A stretch of DNA of 42,912 nucleotides from Haloarculaceae archaeon (GCA_042217765.1 JBDGSB010000084.1:1-42912); one strand, 5' to 3'. Positions 16,765-26,074 are shown, counted from the first letter of the stretch. Numbers and translations are program-made. The notes: generated by a model from the sequence alone, not told the origin.

Positions 16765-16938
16765 CTAGAACTCCATCACGCCGATCCATCCCTCGTCCGC
16801 ACACCGCGGGCAGTGTGCTTGCTCGCGGGCGTCCATACACGCGGCGTGAAAGCGCGCGCCGCACTCCTCGCAGATGATACGCTCCTCTTCTCGGACGAAT
16901 CGTTCGTCACACAGGTAGCAGCGTCTCGATCCGACCAT
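16765..16938 (-). CDS. 57-aa C4HC3 (PHD/RING-like) zinc-finger microprotein, absent from the ORF track
   Basis: MVGSRRCYLCDERFVREEERIICEECGARFHAACMDAREQAHCPRCADEGWIGVMEF. The pattern is Cx2C-x12-Cx2C-x4-Hx2C-x8-Cx2C. GC3-rich codons. Confidence 0.55.
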   Translation of the reverse strand: MVGSRRCYLCDERFVREEERIICEECGARFHAACMDAREQAHCPRCADEGWIGVMEF

Positions 16939-17037
16939 GTATCGAACACGACAGCGGGCGTGCTAAAGCCACGGGCGATTCCCACGGCATAAGAAGTGAA
17001 CCAGGGTCTATCGGCACCGCCGTCCCGATGTTAGCTA

Positions 17038-19779
17038 ATGAGCACTGCGTGGTACCGACGATCCATCGACGACGCGGCCGAGGAGTTCGACACGACCCCG
17101 GATTCCGGACTGTCGTCGGACGAGGCACGGGCTCGTCTCGAAAAGTACGGTCCGAACCGGATCGAACTCTCGAAACCGCCATCGTGGCTGTCGCTCTTCT
17201 GGGGTCACCTCACCGAGTTCGTTTCGCTGCTTTTGATCGCCGTCGCCGCCATCTCGTTCGGGACCTACGTGCTCTCGCCGGCGGCTCCGATCGATCGCCT
17301 CGCCACGGGCGTGATCGTCCTCGGCATCGTCATCATCAACGCAACGATCGGGGCCTATCAGGAGCACCGATCGGTACACACGGCCCAGAAGCTCCGCGAG
17401 ATGATGCAGACGAAGGTGATCGTCCGCCGGGACGGCGAGCGAGCGGAGATCGACTCCGAAGCGGTCGTTCCCGGCGACGTCGTCCTCCTGACGGCGGGCG
17501 ACAAAGTGCCGGCGGACCTCCGGTTGGTCGAGACCGACGACCTCGAAGTGCAGGAGGCCGTGCTTACCGGCGAGAGCACGACGGTGGACAAATCTCCCGA
17601 GACGATCGACGAGGAACGCCCGCTCGCCGAGCGGTCGAACATGGCCTACTCGAACACCCACGTCACGCGGGGTGAGGGCGTCGGGATCGTCGTCGGGACG
17701 GGCGAGGGCACCGAAATCGGAACCATCGCCGAGAGCACCGAGTCCCTCGAAGTGGAGGCGCCGTTCGTCACCGAGGTCCAGGACACGGCGATGCGGATCG
17801 CACAACTCGCGATCGGGCTAGTGGCCGTCGCGTCGGTCGTCTTCTTCTTCTACGGCGAGGACCTGTTCTCGATTTTCCTGCTCGCGGCGGCGCTGATCGT
17901 CGGCGCGATTCCCGCCGCCCTCCCGGTGACGGTGACCTACGCGCTGACGAACGCGATGCGAAAGATGGCCGCCGAGAACGCCCTCGTCAAGAACCTCCCG
18001 CTTTTGGAGTCCGTCGGGGGCGTCAACGTCGTCTGTACCGACAAGACCGGAACGCTCACGCAAAACCGGATGCGCGTCCGCAAACTTTTGGTCCCCCGGA
18101 CGAACCCGTCGCAGGCGGGCGTCGAAGCCGTCGAGGTGGAGGCGTTCGAGGGCGACGGCTCCGACGATCTCGTCCGCTGTGCCGTCCTCGCCAACGAGGC
18201 CGAGCGGACCGACCGAACGGGCGCTGGCGGTGGGGACGACGCGGCGGACCCGGAAGCACTGACCGAGGAATTCCTCGGTGATCCCGAGGACGTGGGGTTG
18301 CTCGAATTCGCGCGTTCGAACGACGTCGACCTCGAAGCCGTCCGCGCCGACGCAAAGCGACTCGACTTCCTGCCGTTCTCCTCGGAGAACAAGCAGGTGC
18401 AGGCGCTCGTCCGGCGCGACGGCGAGACCGTCCGCTACGCGAAGGGCGCACCGGAGATGATCCTCGATCGCTGTGACCGCGTCTGCATCGACGGCGACGT
18501 CGAGTCGTTCACCGACGAGTGGAAAGCGCGCGTGAGCGACCACCTCGATGCGTTCTCCGACGACGCGCTCCGGAACCTCGCGTTCTCGTACAAGGTCGTC
18601 GACGGCGAGGGCGTCGGTGTCGACACCGATGGTGACGTCTTCCTCGGCGCGGTCGGGATGTGGGACCCGCCGCGCGAGGGCGTCGGTGAAGCGATTCGGA
18701 CGATGTACGACGCGGGCATCGACGTGAAGATGCTCACCGGCGACAGCGAGCGGACCGCCGTCGCCATCGCCCAGGAGTGCGGGTTCGCGGACGTCTCCTC
18801 GGTCTCCTGGGAGGACGTGAAAGACGCCGACGACGACGAGATGGAGGACCTCGTTTCGACACACAACGTCTTCGCGCGGATGGACCCGTCGCTGAAGATG
18901 TCGATGGTCCAAGCGCTCCACCGCCTCGACTATCGCGTGGCCATCACAGGCGACGGCGTCAACGACGTTCCACCGATCGAGGCCGCCGAAGTCGGCATCG
19001 CGATGGGCGAGCGCGGCAGCGACATCACCCGCGACGCCGCGGACATCATCCTGCTCGACGACGCGTTCCCGACCATCGTCAGCGCGATCGAGTACGGCCG
19101 GACCGTCCTCTCGAACGTCCGCAAGACCGTCGATTACCTGCTGACGGCAAACCTCTTCGAGGTAGTCGTCGTCTTCGTCTCCTCGTTGATGGGGTTCGCG
19201 CCGTTTCGCGCCCTTCAGTTGCTGTGGGTGAACTTCGCGACGGACATCTTCCCCGCGATGGCGTTGGGGAGCGATCCACCCCACGAGGACATCATGGAAA
19301 AGAAGCCCACCGGCAGCGAAGAGACGATTCTCACCAGGCGGGTCTGGTATCTCCTGGTCGGGATCGGCCTCAAGAAGGTCGTCGCCGCGCTGGCCACCTT
19401 CTTCGTCGTCCTCTGGCTGTCGACCGGTACGACGACGATCGTGGGCGTCACCGGCGACCTGGCGCTCGCTCAGACGACGGTGTTCGTCTGGCTCGGGCTC
19501 TCACACGGCATCCGGATCGTCGCGATCCGCTGGGACGAGGGCTGGCGGGGGCGGAAGGTGTTCGTCAACAGGTGGGTCAACTACTCGCTGCTCTGGCCGC
19601 TGTCGTCCTTTCTGGTCATCCTCTATACGCCGCTGGCCGGGTTTTTCGAGGCCACTCCCCTGCCGCCGTGGGTGTGGGGCGTGCTCGCCGTCAGTATCGT
19701 CCTCAGTATCGGACTGGCAATCGTGATCGTCGAGGGCATCGACCGGATGCTCGGCGAGTACGGCGAGACGGAGTACTGA
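17038..19779 (+). CDS. cation-transporting P-type ATPase (P2-type, E1-E2)
   Basis: 913 aa. Phosphorylation motif CTDKTGTLTQNRM. Also TGES, KGAPE, and the hinge GDGVNDVPPIEAAEVGIAMG. 8-10 TM helices. Confidence 0.9.
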   Translation: MSTAWYRRSIDDAAEEFDTTPDSGLSSDEARARLEKYGPNRIELSKPPSWLSLFWGHLTEFVSLLLIAVAAISFGTYVLSPAAPIDRLATGVIVLGIVIINATIGAYQEHRSVHTAQKLREMMQTKVIVRRDGERAEIDSEAVVPGDVVLLTAGDKVPADLRLVETDDLEVQEAVLTGESTTVDKSPETIDEERPLAERSNMAYSNTHVTRGEGVGIVVGTGEGTEIGTIAESTESLEVEAPFVTEVQDTAMRIAQLAIGLVAVASVVFFFYGEDLFSIFLLAAALIVGAIPAALPVTVTYALTNAMRKMAAENALVKNLPLLESVGGVNVVCTDKTGTLTQNRMRVRKLLVPRTNPSQAGVEAVEVEAFEGDGSDDLVRCAVLANEAERTDRTGAGGGDDAADPEALTEEFLGDPEDVGLLEFARSNDVDLEAVRADAKRLDFLPFSSENKQVQALVRRDGETVRYAKGAPEMILDRCDRVCIDGDVESFTDEWKARVSDHLDAFSDDALRNLAFSYKVVDGEGVGVDTDGDVFLGAVGMWDPPREGVGEAIRTMYDAGIDVKMLTGDSERTAVAIAQECGFADVSSVSWEDVKDADDDEMEDLVSTHNVFARMDPSLKMSMVQALHRLDYRVAITGDGVNDVPPIEAAEVGIAMGERGSDITRDAADIILLDDAFPTIVSAIEYGRTVLSNVRKTVDYLLTANLFEVVVVFVSSLMGFAPFRALQLLWVNFATDIFPAMALGSDPPHEDIMEKKPTGSEETILTRRVWYLLVGIGLKKVVAALATFFVVLWLSTGTTTIVGVTGDLALAQTTVFVWLGLSHGIRIVAIRWDEGWRGRKVFVNRWVNYSLLWPLSSFLVILYTPLAGFFEATPLPPWVWGVLAVSIVLSIGLAIVIVEGIDRMLGEYGETEY

Positions 19780-19838
19780 TCGATTGCGAGCGTCAGTGCG
19801 ACGGAGTACTGATCGATTGCGAGCGTCAGCGCGACGGG
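19767..19838. repeat. 33-bp tandem duplication x2 spanning the stop codon of the P-type ATPase
   Basis: gacggagtactgatcgattgcgagcgtcagtgc / gacggagtactgatcgattgcgagcgtcagcgc / gacggg. Confidence 0.85.
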
Positions 19839-19914
19839 TCCATCACCCCATCGTCGCGAGACGGCACTGGATCGCAAATTCCGAGGGACAGCAGACAGAC
19901 GGCGCCGACGGCGA

Positions 19915-21234
19915 CTACGCGTCGTTCGGTCCGAGATAGCCCCACGCCTGGAGGCGGTCACCGTCGCCGTCGATCCACCGCTCGCCGATGTCGTCGCGGT
20001 AGTACAGGTTCGGGATCACGACGTCGTCGATGCGGTCGTAGGCCTGCTCGCGGGCCTCCTGCATCGTCTCACCCATACCGGTGACGACCAGCGGCATCCC
20101 GCTCTCGCCGGCGACGCGCCACTGCCCGTCGACGTTCTTCGCGTCCTCGATGTGGACGCCCTCTCGGCTCTCGTCTTCGAAGACGACGGCGGCGTTGCGC
20201 GAGTTTTCGTCGTAAGTCTTCTCGTCGTCGAACGGGAACGGCGGCAAGACGACGCGGACGCCGATCTGGTAGCCGCTGTGGACGTCGGGTTCCGGATCGG
20301 TTCCGTGGGCGAGGTCGGAGAGGAACCGGGCGGTCGAGGATTCGAGGGACTCCGTCTGAATCGTGATCGTCGGGTAGCCAAAGCGTGGCGTGAATTCGAG
20401 CGGATAGATCCCGTGTTCGTTGACGATGCAGTTGAGGTCGATACTTCCGACGTATCCCTCCTCGGCCAGCCAGGCTTCGAGTTTGCCCAGCGTCTCTTTG
20501 AACAGTTTGTTCTGGCCCGCCCAGAACATCGACGTCCCCATCTCGCCGGTCGACGGGCCGATGTTGCCGGGAAACAACTTCTTGTGCTCGAAGTTGAAAT
20601 TGACGTCGTCGATGAACTCCTCGCCGTCGAAAAAGCCACAGATCGCGACTTCGACGCCCTCGACCTTCCGCTGCAGCTGAAAGCCCTTCATGCGGTGGCC
20701 CCAGGCCTTCTCGTAGGCGCGAAGCACGTCGACGACGTCGCTGCCGTCGTTTTCGTTGCCGACGTAGAGCAATCGCTTGACGTTCTGCACCTCGCCGAGG
20801 GGCTTGACGACGTAGGGGGCCGGATTCGCCTGGACGTACCGGATTCCGTCCTCGAAGTCGCGGAAGACGCGGTGGTCGACGGTGTTGACGCCGTGGTCTT
20901 CGAGGACGTCCATCGCGTATCCCCTGTCGTCTTCGAGGCGGTCCGTATTCGGCGTTCCACCGACGACGGCTTTCCCGCGTTCGCGGAGCTCCCGCGCGAG
21001 TTTCCCGGTTCCGACGTCCGTTCCAACCCAGATGTCGTCGAAGACGACGACGTCCGCCCAGTCGACCTCCGCCCGCCAGTCGTCGGTCTTGGGGACGAAC
21101 CCGTCTGCGATCTCCCTGTCGCGTTCGGCCTCGATGTAGTATTTCACGTCGTGGCCCTCCTCGCTCACCTGCCGGGCGACGTCTCCGACGAGCGCGGCGT
21201 CTAGCGACAGAAACAGGAAGTGCTTGCTGTCCAT
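19915..21234 (-). CDS. ATP-grasp enzyme (PurD/GARS-like carboxylate-amine ligase)
   Basis: 440 aa starting at the internal ATG (MDSKHFLF...). The longer ORF upstream is R-rich junk. ATP-grasp blocks include KVEGVEVAICGFFDGEEF... and GYVGSIDLNCIVNEHGIYPLEFTPRFGYP. Confidence 0.7.
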   Translation of the reverse strand: MDSKHFLFLSLDAALVGDVARQVSEEGHDVKYYIEAERDREIADGFVPKTDDWRAEVDWADVVVFDDIWVGTDVGTGKLARELRERGKAVVGGTPNTDRLEDDRGYAMDVLEDHGVNTVDHRVFRDFEDGIRYVQANPAPYVVKPLGEVQNVKRLLYVGNENDGSDVVDVLRAYEKAWGHRMKGFQLQRKVEGVEVAICGFFDGEEFIDDVNFNFEHKKLFPGNIGPSTGEMGTSMFWAGQNKLFKETLGKLEAWLAEEGYVGSIDLNCIVNEHGIYPLEFTPRFGYPTITIQTESLESSTARFLSDLAHGTDPEPDVHSGYQIGVRVVLPPFPFDDEKTYDENSRNAAVVFEDESREGVHIEDAKNVDGQWRVAGESGMPLVVTGMGETMQEAREQAYDRIDDVVIPNLYYRDDIGERWIDGDGDRLQAWGYLGPNDA

Positions 21235-21334
21235 GACCCACAACTTCGCGCGGCGCGTAGAAAAACCCACACACAGGTCCCGCGATGCGGGAGCGTGCCG
21301 CGGAGTTATCAGTCTCGCCGGACAATACCGTGCC

Positions 21335-22267
21335 ATGCTCGTCTCGGTCACCGTTCGAGAGGTGATGCGCCCCGGCGTCGTGACGACCGCGCCGTCGACG
21401 ACCGTTCGCGCCGCCGCAAAGACGCTCATCGAGGAGGACATCGGATCGGTCGTCGTCACCGACGACGGCGAGACGGTGGGCATCGTCACCAAGACGGACG
21501 TCACCGCCTGTCTGGCCCGGGATGCGGACGCCGACGCCGTCACGGTCGACGAAGTGATGTCCGCCCCCGTCGAGACCATCGCCGCCTCGGAGAACATCGA
21601 ACAGGCCGCCGAACTGCTCAGAAAGTACGACGTCAACCAGCTCCCGGTCACGGACGAGGGCGACCTCGTCGGCGTCGTCAACGTCACGCACCTGTCGTAC
21701 TACCTCCCGCAGATCGCGCTCCGGTCGTTCGAACGCCCGGCGAGGGGCCGGGAGACGCGGACCGAGAGCGGTCCCGGCCTGCTCTACGAGGCGACCGACT
21801 GGACGACCGAACACGTCTGTCGGGACCCCGACCGCATCTCGGTCGGCGACGTCGTCCGGTTCAGCAAGACCCTCGACGACGAGGACGTCTTCGACTTCGC
21901 GGACGCCACCGGCGATACGAACCGTCTCCACCTCGACGACGCCTACGCCGAGGAAACCCGGTTTCAGCAGCGAATCGTCCACGGCGTGCTGACCGTCGGC
22001 GTCGTCAGCGCCGCGCTGGCGCGCCTGCCCGGACTCGTCATCTACATCTCCCAGCAGTCGAGCTTCCAGGGCCCGGTCGCCGTCGGCGACCACGTCACTG
22101 CAGTGTGCGAGGTCGTCGAGGACCTCGACGGCGACCGGTACCGACTCTCGACGCGCGTCCTCGACGGCGACGACGACCCGGTTTTGCACGGCGAGTCCAC
22201 CGTGCTCATCGACGCGCTCCCCGAGAGCGAGCGCCGCGAACCGGCAGCGGTGCCGACCGCGGAGTAG
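21335..22267 (+). CDS. CBS-pair / MaoC-like (hotdog) dehydratase fusion protein
   Basis: 311 aa. Two CBS motifs (VVTTAPSTTVRAAAKTLIEEDIGSVVVTDDGETVGIVTKTD; VETIAASENIEQAAELLRKYDVNQLPVTDEGDLVGVVNVTHL). A C-terminal MaoC hotdog fold (FADATGDTNRLHLDDAYAEETRFQQRIVHGVL...). Confidence 0.8.
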   Translation: MLVSVTVREVMRPGVVTTAPSTTVRAAAKTLIEEDIGSVVVTDDGETVGIVTKTDVTACLARDADADAVTVDEVMSAPVETIAASENIEQAAELLRKYDVNQLPVTDEGDLVGVVNVTHLSYYLPQIALRSFERPARGRETRTESGPGLLYEATDWTTEHVCRDPDRISVGDVVRFSKTLDDEDVFDFADATGDTNRLHLDDAYAEETRFQQRIVHGVLTVGVVSAALARLPGLVIYISQQSSFQGPVAVGDHVTAVCEVVEDLDGDRYRLSTRVLDGDDDPVLHGESTVLIDALPESERREPAAVPTAE

Positions 22268-22279
22268 TACCGGCAGCGG

Positions 22280-22945
22280 GTGCGTGCAATGGCGGTCTCT
22301 GTTTTCCAGGGTCCATTTCCAGGGTTCATTTCCCGGATCTATTTCCAGGGTCCATTTCCCGGGTTCCATTTCCGGGGGTACTACACCGTCAACGACGGCG
22401 TCGACTTCGTCCGGTCGCGGAATCCGCTCTCCGTCGACGGCGCTTCCGGTGGGACGATCTCACAACATCCTGCGTCGAAAGGCGGCGTCGAACTCGCCAT
22501 CGACGGGGCCGGAACGTACGCCGATTGCGGGTTCTACGTCGCCAGCGGGAAACTCGGCGACGTCGACACCATCGAGGTGACGACGCGGGACGGGTCCGAT
22601 GCAGTCGGTCTGAATCTCTACTTCGACGTCGACGACGACGGCGACTTCTTCGCCTGGGAACGCGGAAAGGGCAACGACGCGACGTTCACCGACGTCGGTG
22701 GCGACGAGTACGTGCTCGGTGACGTTTCCGGCGCTCCGGGTGGCGGAAGTTTCACCGTCGACGACGGGACGGAGTTCTTCGACGGGTCCACGAACGCTGG
22801 CCATACGCCGTTCGCGGACCTGAAGAGCGGTGCAATCTCCGGGATCGACGGGGAGACGGCGGTCGCGGTCTGGGTCGACATCACGGCCGGTAACGGCGGC
22901 AGCAAACACGCGATAGTCGACGCCGTCGACGTGACGACGACCTGA
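22280..22945 (+). CDS. hypothetical acidic Gly/Asp-rich protein. Start uncertain (GTG 22280 or ATG 22289). The N-terminus is encoded by the tandem repeat.
   Basis: GC3-rich, Asp-rich composition (…LYFDVDDDGDFFAWERGKGNDATFTDVGGDEYVLGDVSG…), typical of a halophile protein. No signal peptide and no credible internal start. Confidence 0.35.
   Translation: MRAMAVSVFQGPFPGFISRIYFQGPFPGFHFRGYYTVNDGVDFVRSRNPLSVDGASGGTISQHPASKGGVELAIDGAGTYADCGFYVASGKLGDVDTIEVTTRDGSDAVGLNLYFDVDDDGDFFAWERGKGNDATFTDVGGDEYVLGDVSGAPGGGSFTVDDGTEFFDGSTNAGHTPFADLKSGAISGIDGETAVAVWVDITAGNGGSKHAIVDAVDVTTT
22304..22378. repeat. ~13-nt tandem repeat x5-6 (GGGTYCATTTCCM)
   Basis: ttccagggtccatttcc agggttcatttccc ggatctatttcca gggtccatttccc gggttccatttcc ggggg. 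Located between the MaoC stop and the body of the next ORF. Confidence 0.8.
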
Positions 22946-23003
22946 CGAGACGACTGCCGGACGTGACGACGACCCGATGTGACGATCGCTCACCGGCCGT
23001 TTG

Positions 23004-23924
23004 CTAGCTTCGGACGGTGCGCACCCTCGACAGGGTAACCTCGCGCAACGCGTCGCGTTTGATGACGGCGAACCCGGCGACGATGGCGAGAAAGCCGAGG
23101 ACGGTCGTCGCGTCGACGACGTGACCGAGCAGCAGCCACTCGACCAGCGCCGCGAAGGGCGGTTCGGCGTAGCCGACGAGCGTAATTTCGGCGGGGCCGA
23201 GACGGTCGAGTAGGGCGAAATACAGGAGATAGGCCGCTGCCCCGCCGACGAGCGCGAGGTAGCCCAGCGACAGCGTCGCCGGCACCGTCCACTGGACGGC
23301 GGCCAGCGTCTCGCCCCTGGCGAACGCGACGAGGTGCAAAAGCGGCGCGCCGAGGACCATCCCCCACGCCTGCATCGACGGGACGGGAAGGTCCGTCCGG
23401 AATCGGCGGGTGAGCACCGCCCCGAAGTTGAACGCGGCCGAAGCCAGGAAGACGAGGCCGATGCCGACGACGCTGGCGGTCAGTAGCTGATCCGTCCCGG
23501 GGCTGGCGATGACGGTGACGCCGACGATTCCCAGCGCGAGGCCGAGGCCGCGCGTGTAGGCGAACCGTTCCTCGGGAAGCAGTACGGCGGCGAACGCCGT
23601 CGCCAGCACGGGTCCGAGACTGACGACGACGGCCGCGACCGCCCCGCTCACGTACAACTGTCCGACGTACGTCAGGGCGTGGAAGCCGGCGACGACGAAC
23701 GCGCCCGTGACGGCGGCGGTCGCCCACTCCTCGCGACCGCGGGGGAGCACCCGGTCGGCGCTGGAGACGGCGTAGGCGAGCATGGCGAGCGCGGCGACGT
23801 CGAAGCGGAGCGCGGCGAACAGCACGGGCGGGAAATACGCGAGTCCGATCTCAACGACCGGGAACGACGACCCCCAGAGAAGTCCGAGGAGGACGAACAG
23901 TCCAATAGCACGATAGCGTCGCAT
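23004..23924 (-). CDS. EamA/DMT-family transporter
   Basis: 306 aa, 10 TM helices, duplicated EamA domains. Confidence 0.85.
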   Translation of the reverse strand: MRRYRAIGLFVLLGLLWGSSFPVVEIGLAYFPPVLFAALRFDVAALAMLAYAVSSADRVLPRGREEWATAAVTGAFVVAGFHALTYVGQLYVSGAVAAVVVSLGPVLATAFAAVLLPEERFAYTRGLGLALGIVGVTVIASPGTDQLLTASVVGIGLVFLASAAFNFGAVLTRRFRTDLPVPSMQAWGMVLGAPLLHLVAFARGETLAAVQWTVPATLSLGYLALVGGAAAYLLYFALLDRLGPAEITLVGYAEPPFAALVEWLLLGHVVDATTVLGFLAIVAGFAVIKRDALREVTLSRVRTVRS

Positions 23925-24096
23925 GGTGAACGGGCCTAACTACTACGAGTATACAAATGCTTGGATTCTATCCGAATACTGTACTAAATATCTGTATGAA
24001 AATCCATTATATCTGCATACAAATCCCTTCTATTCGATTCTTGTGGCGGCATGGCATCACCACACACGGTAGTGCGTCGGACGGAATAGCGAAAGC

Positions 24097-25047
24097 TTGT
24101 TCGCGGGGGCGGTCACAGAGGCGGACGTGACCCGCTACAGAAACCTCCTGTTGTTCCTGGTTCTCGCCGTGGCGTGGGGGTCGGCGTTCACGGCCATCAA
24201 GAGCGGCCTGACGTACTTTCCTCCCGTGCTGTTCGCGGCCTTGCGGTACGACGTCGCCGGCGTGGTGATGCTGGCGTACGCCTGGTATGTCACGGACAGG
24301 TGGTTCCCTCGGACGCGCGGCGAGTGGGCGCTCGTGGCCGTCGGCGCGACGTTCATGATCGCCGCCTACCACTCGTTTCTGTTCGTCGGCGAACAGGGGA
24401 CCACGAGCGGTGCCGCGGCGGTCGTGATCAGTCTCAGTCCGATCCTGACGGTCGGGTTCTCGCGCGTTCTGCTACCCAGCGAACGGCTCTCGGTCGTGGG
24501 GTTGGTCGGCGTCGGTCTGGGTCTGGTCGGCGTCGCGGTGCTGGCCGAACTCGATCCGTCGAACCTGCTGGGCGGGAACACGGTCTCGGAGTTGCTGGTA
24601 CTCGTCGCAGCGACGTCGTTCGCGCTGGGGAGCGTCTTGACGCGCTGGATAGACGCCACGCTTCCGATAGAGACGATGGAAGCGTGGTCGATGAGTTGCG
24701 GCGCGGTACTGATGCACCTCGCCAGCGTCGCGATGGGCGAACCCGTCGCATCGATCGCCTGGACGCCGAACGCGCTGTGGTCGCTGGGGTACCTGTCGAT
24801 CGTAGCGTCGGCGGGCGGGTTCCTGATCTACTTCGACCTGCTCGACCGGTTGGGGCCGGTGGAGATCAACCTCGTCAGCTACGCGGTCCCGGTCTTTGCG
24901 TCCGCGACCGGCGTCGCGTTGCTCGGCGAGCGCGTGACCGTCACTACTGCGGTCGGGTTCGTTCTCATCTTCGCCGGCTTCGTCGCGCTGAAACGCGCCG
25001 CGTTCCGGGCGGAGATACGGCGACTCGGCGAAGGGTTGTGGTCCTGA
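24097..25047 (+). CDS. EamA/DMT-family transporter (paralog, divergently transcribed)
   Basis: 316 aa. Clear paralogy with the gene at 23004-23924 (…GSAFTAIKSGLTYFPPVLFAALRYDVAGVVMLAYA… versus …GSSFPVVEIGLAYFPPVLFAALRFDVAALAMLAYA…). Confidence 0.85.
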   Translation: MFAGAVTEADVTRYRNLLLFLVLAVAWGSAFTAIKSGLTYFPPVLFAALRYDVAGVVMLAYAWYVTDRWFPRTRGEWALVAVGATFMIAAYHSFLFVGEQGTTSGAAAVVISLSPILTVGFSRVLLPSERLSVVGLVGVGLGLVGVAVLAELDPSNLLGGNTVSELLVLVAATSFALGSVLTRWIDATLPIETMEAWSMSCGAVLMHLASVAMGEPVASIAWTPNALWSLGYLSIVASAGGFLIYFDLLDRLGPVEINLVSYAVPVFASATGVALLGERVTVTTAVGFVLIFAGFVALKRAAFRAEIRRLGEGLWS

Positions 25048-25119
25048 TGCCCGTCCTGCGGCGGTTGGGCCGCAGTGCGAATCGAGTCGCGGCGTGGTCT
25101 GAGAGCGAAACGCCGGGAC

Positions 25120-25374
25120 TCAGGTCGCGTTGCGATTGTAGGAGTGACCGACGAGGAGAGTCACGACGTTCGCCAGGAGGAGGGCGACGAACGCGGCCGT
25201 CTCGGTCGGCGTCTGCAGTCCGGTCGCGAACAGCAGTGGCACGTACAGGAACGGCAGGGCGACGGCCAGCCAGAACGATACCACGACGACGGGGGCACGG
25301 AGGCTCTCGACGATCCGACCGAACGACCGGCCGGTTTCGTCGAGCGCCGCGTCGAGGGAGGATTCGAAGTTCAT
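25120..25374 (-). CDS. small membrane protein (2 TM)
   Basis: 84 aa with hydrophobic helices, GC3-rich. Confidence 0.45.
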   Translation of the reverse strand: MNFESSLDAALDETGRSFGRIVESLRAPVVVVSFWLAVALPFLYVPLLFATGLQTPTETAAFVALLLANVVTLLVGHSYNRNAT

Positions 25375-26074
25375 GGGGGACCACTCGGGGGCTACTCGGA
25401 CGTTGGACGGCCACCATCATATAGGGAGTCGAACCTTGGGGTGAATTCGTGTCGTTTCACGCGGACGCCCACGGCCACGGTCGCGGACCGCTGACGTTTC
25501 ACGACGTGGCGAGACGTTTTATCGTGGCTCCTGCGTGCGTCTCCACTGGCTCGGCAGTGCCCCGCTCGCCCGAAATCCGGAACGCACGACGAGTCGTTCA
25601 CACGAGCGAGGGCACGGCTCGGGATCGGGACTCTCCGTGCGGAAGTCGATCGTGATCGTCAGACAGAACATTCGGGTGTAGGTACAGTTTTCGAAATAGA
25701 CATAATAGGTCGTCGGACTGGTGGTGGAGCGTGGTCTCGCTCCCCGGCGGCCGAGAGTCCCACGGCGGCCGGATCGCGTCGACGAATCGAACGCGAAAAT
25801 CGGCCGACTACGGTCGTGTTTACACGTCACCTAAGCGTCGATCAGCCGTGTTCGGGGCGAGATAGCGGTCTCCGGTTCGAATATCTATCTCGCCGGTACT
25901 GGACGGTACAGTCACCCTTCGAGCGACGAGTGCGACCGATACCGAGTCGGGTAAAACTAATTTCAGTATACAGTCACTAACTGCGAATTGACGGAATGTG
26001 TTCATCTGAAGACGAAGGCGGGGAAACCGGCCGACGACCGGTTCGGTCGCCGGCGCTTTCCCGAATCGGAGCCC

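Noticed and set aside
22460-22993. 177-aa minus-strand ORF opposite the acidic 22280-22945 ORF
   Set aside because: Arg-rich antisense composition. The plus-strand frame has halophile-like Asp-rich codon usage.
25856-25894. Possible tRNA or tRNA fragment, because of the GGTTCGAAT T-loop-like sequence
   Set aside because: No acceptor, D or anticodon arms can be formed around it. It is only a hairpin.
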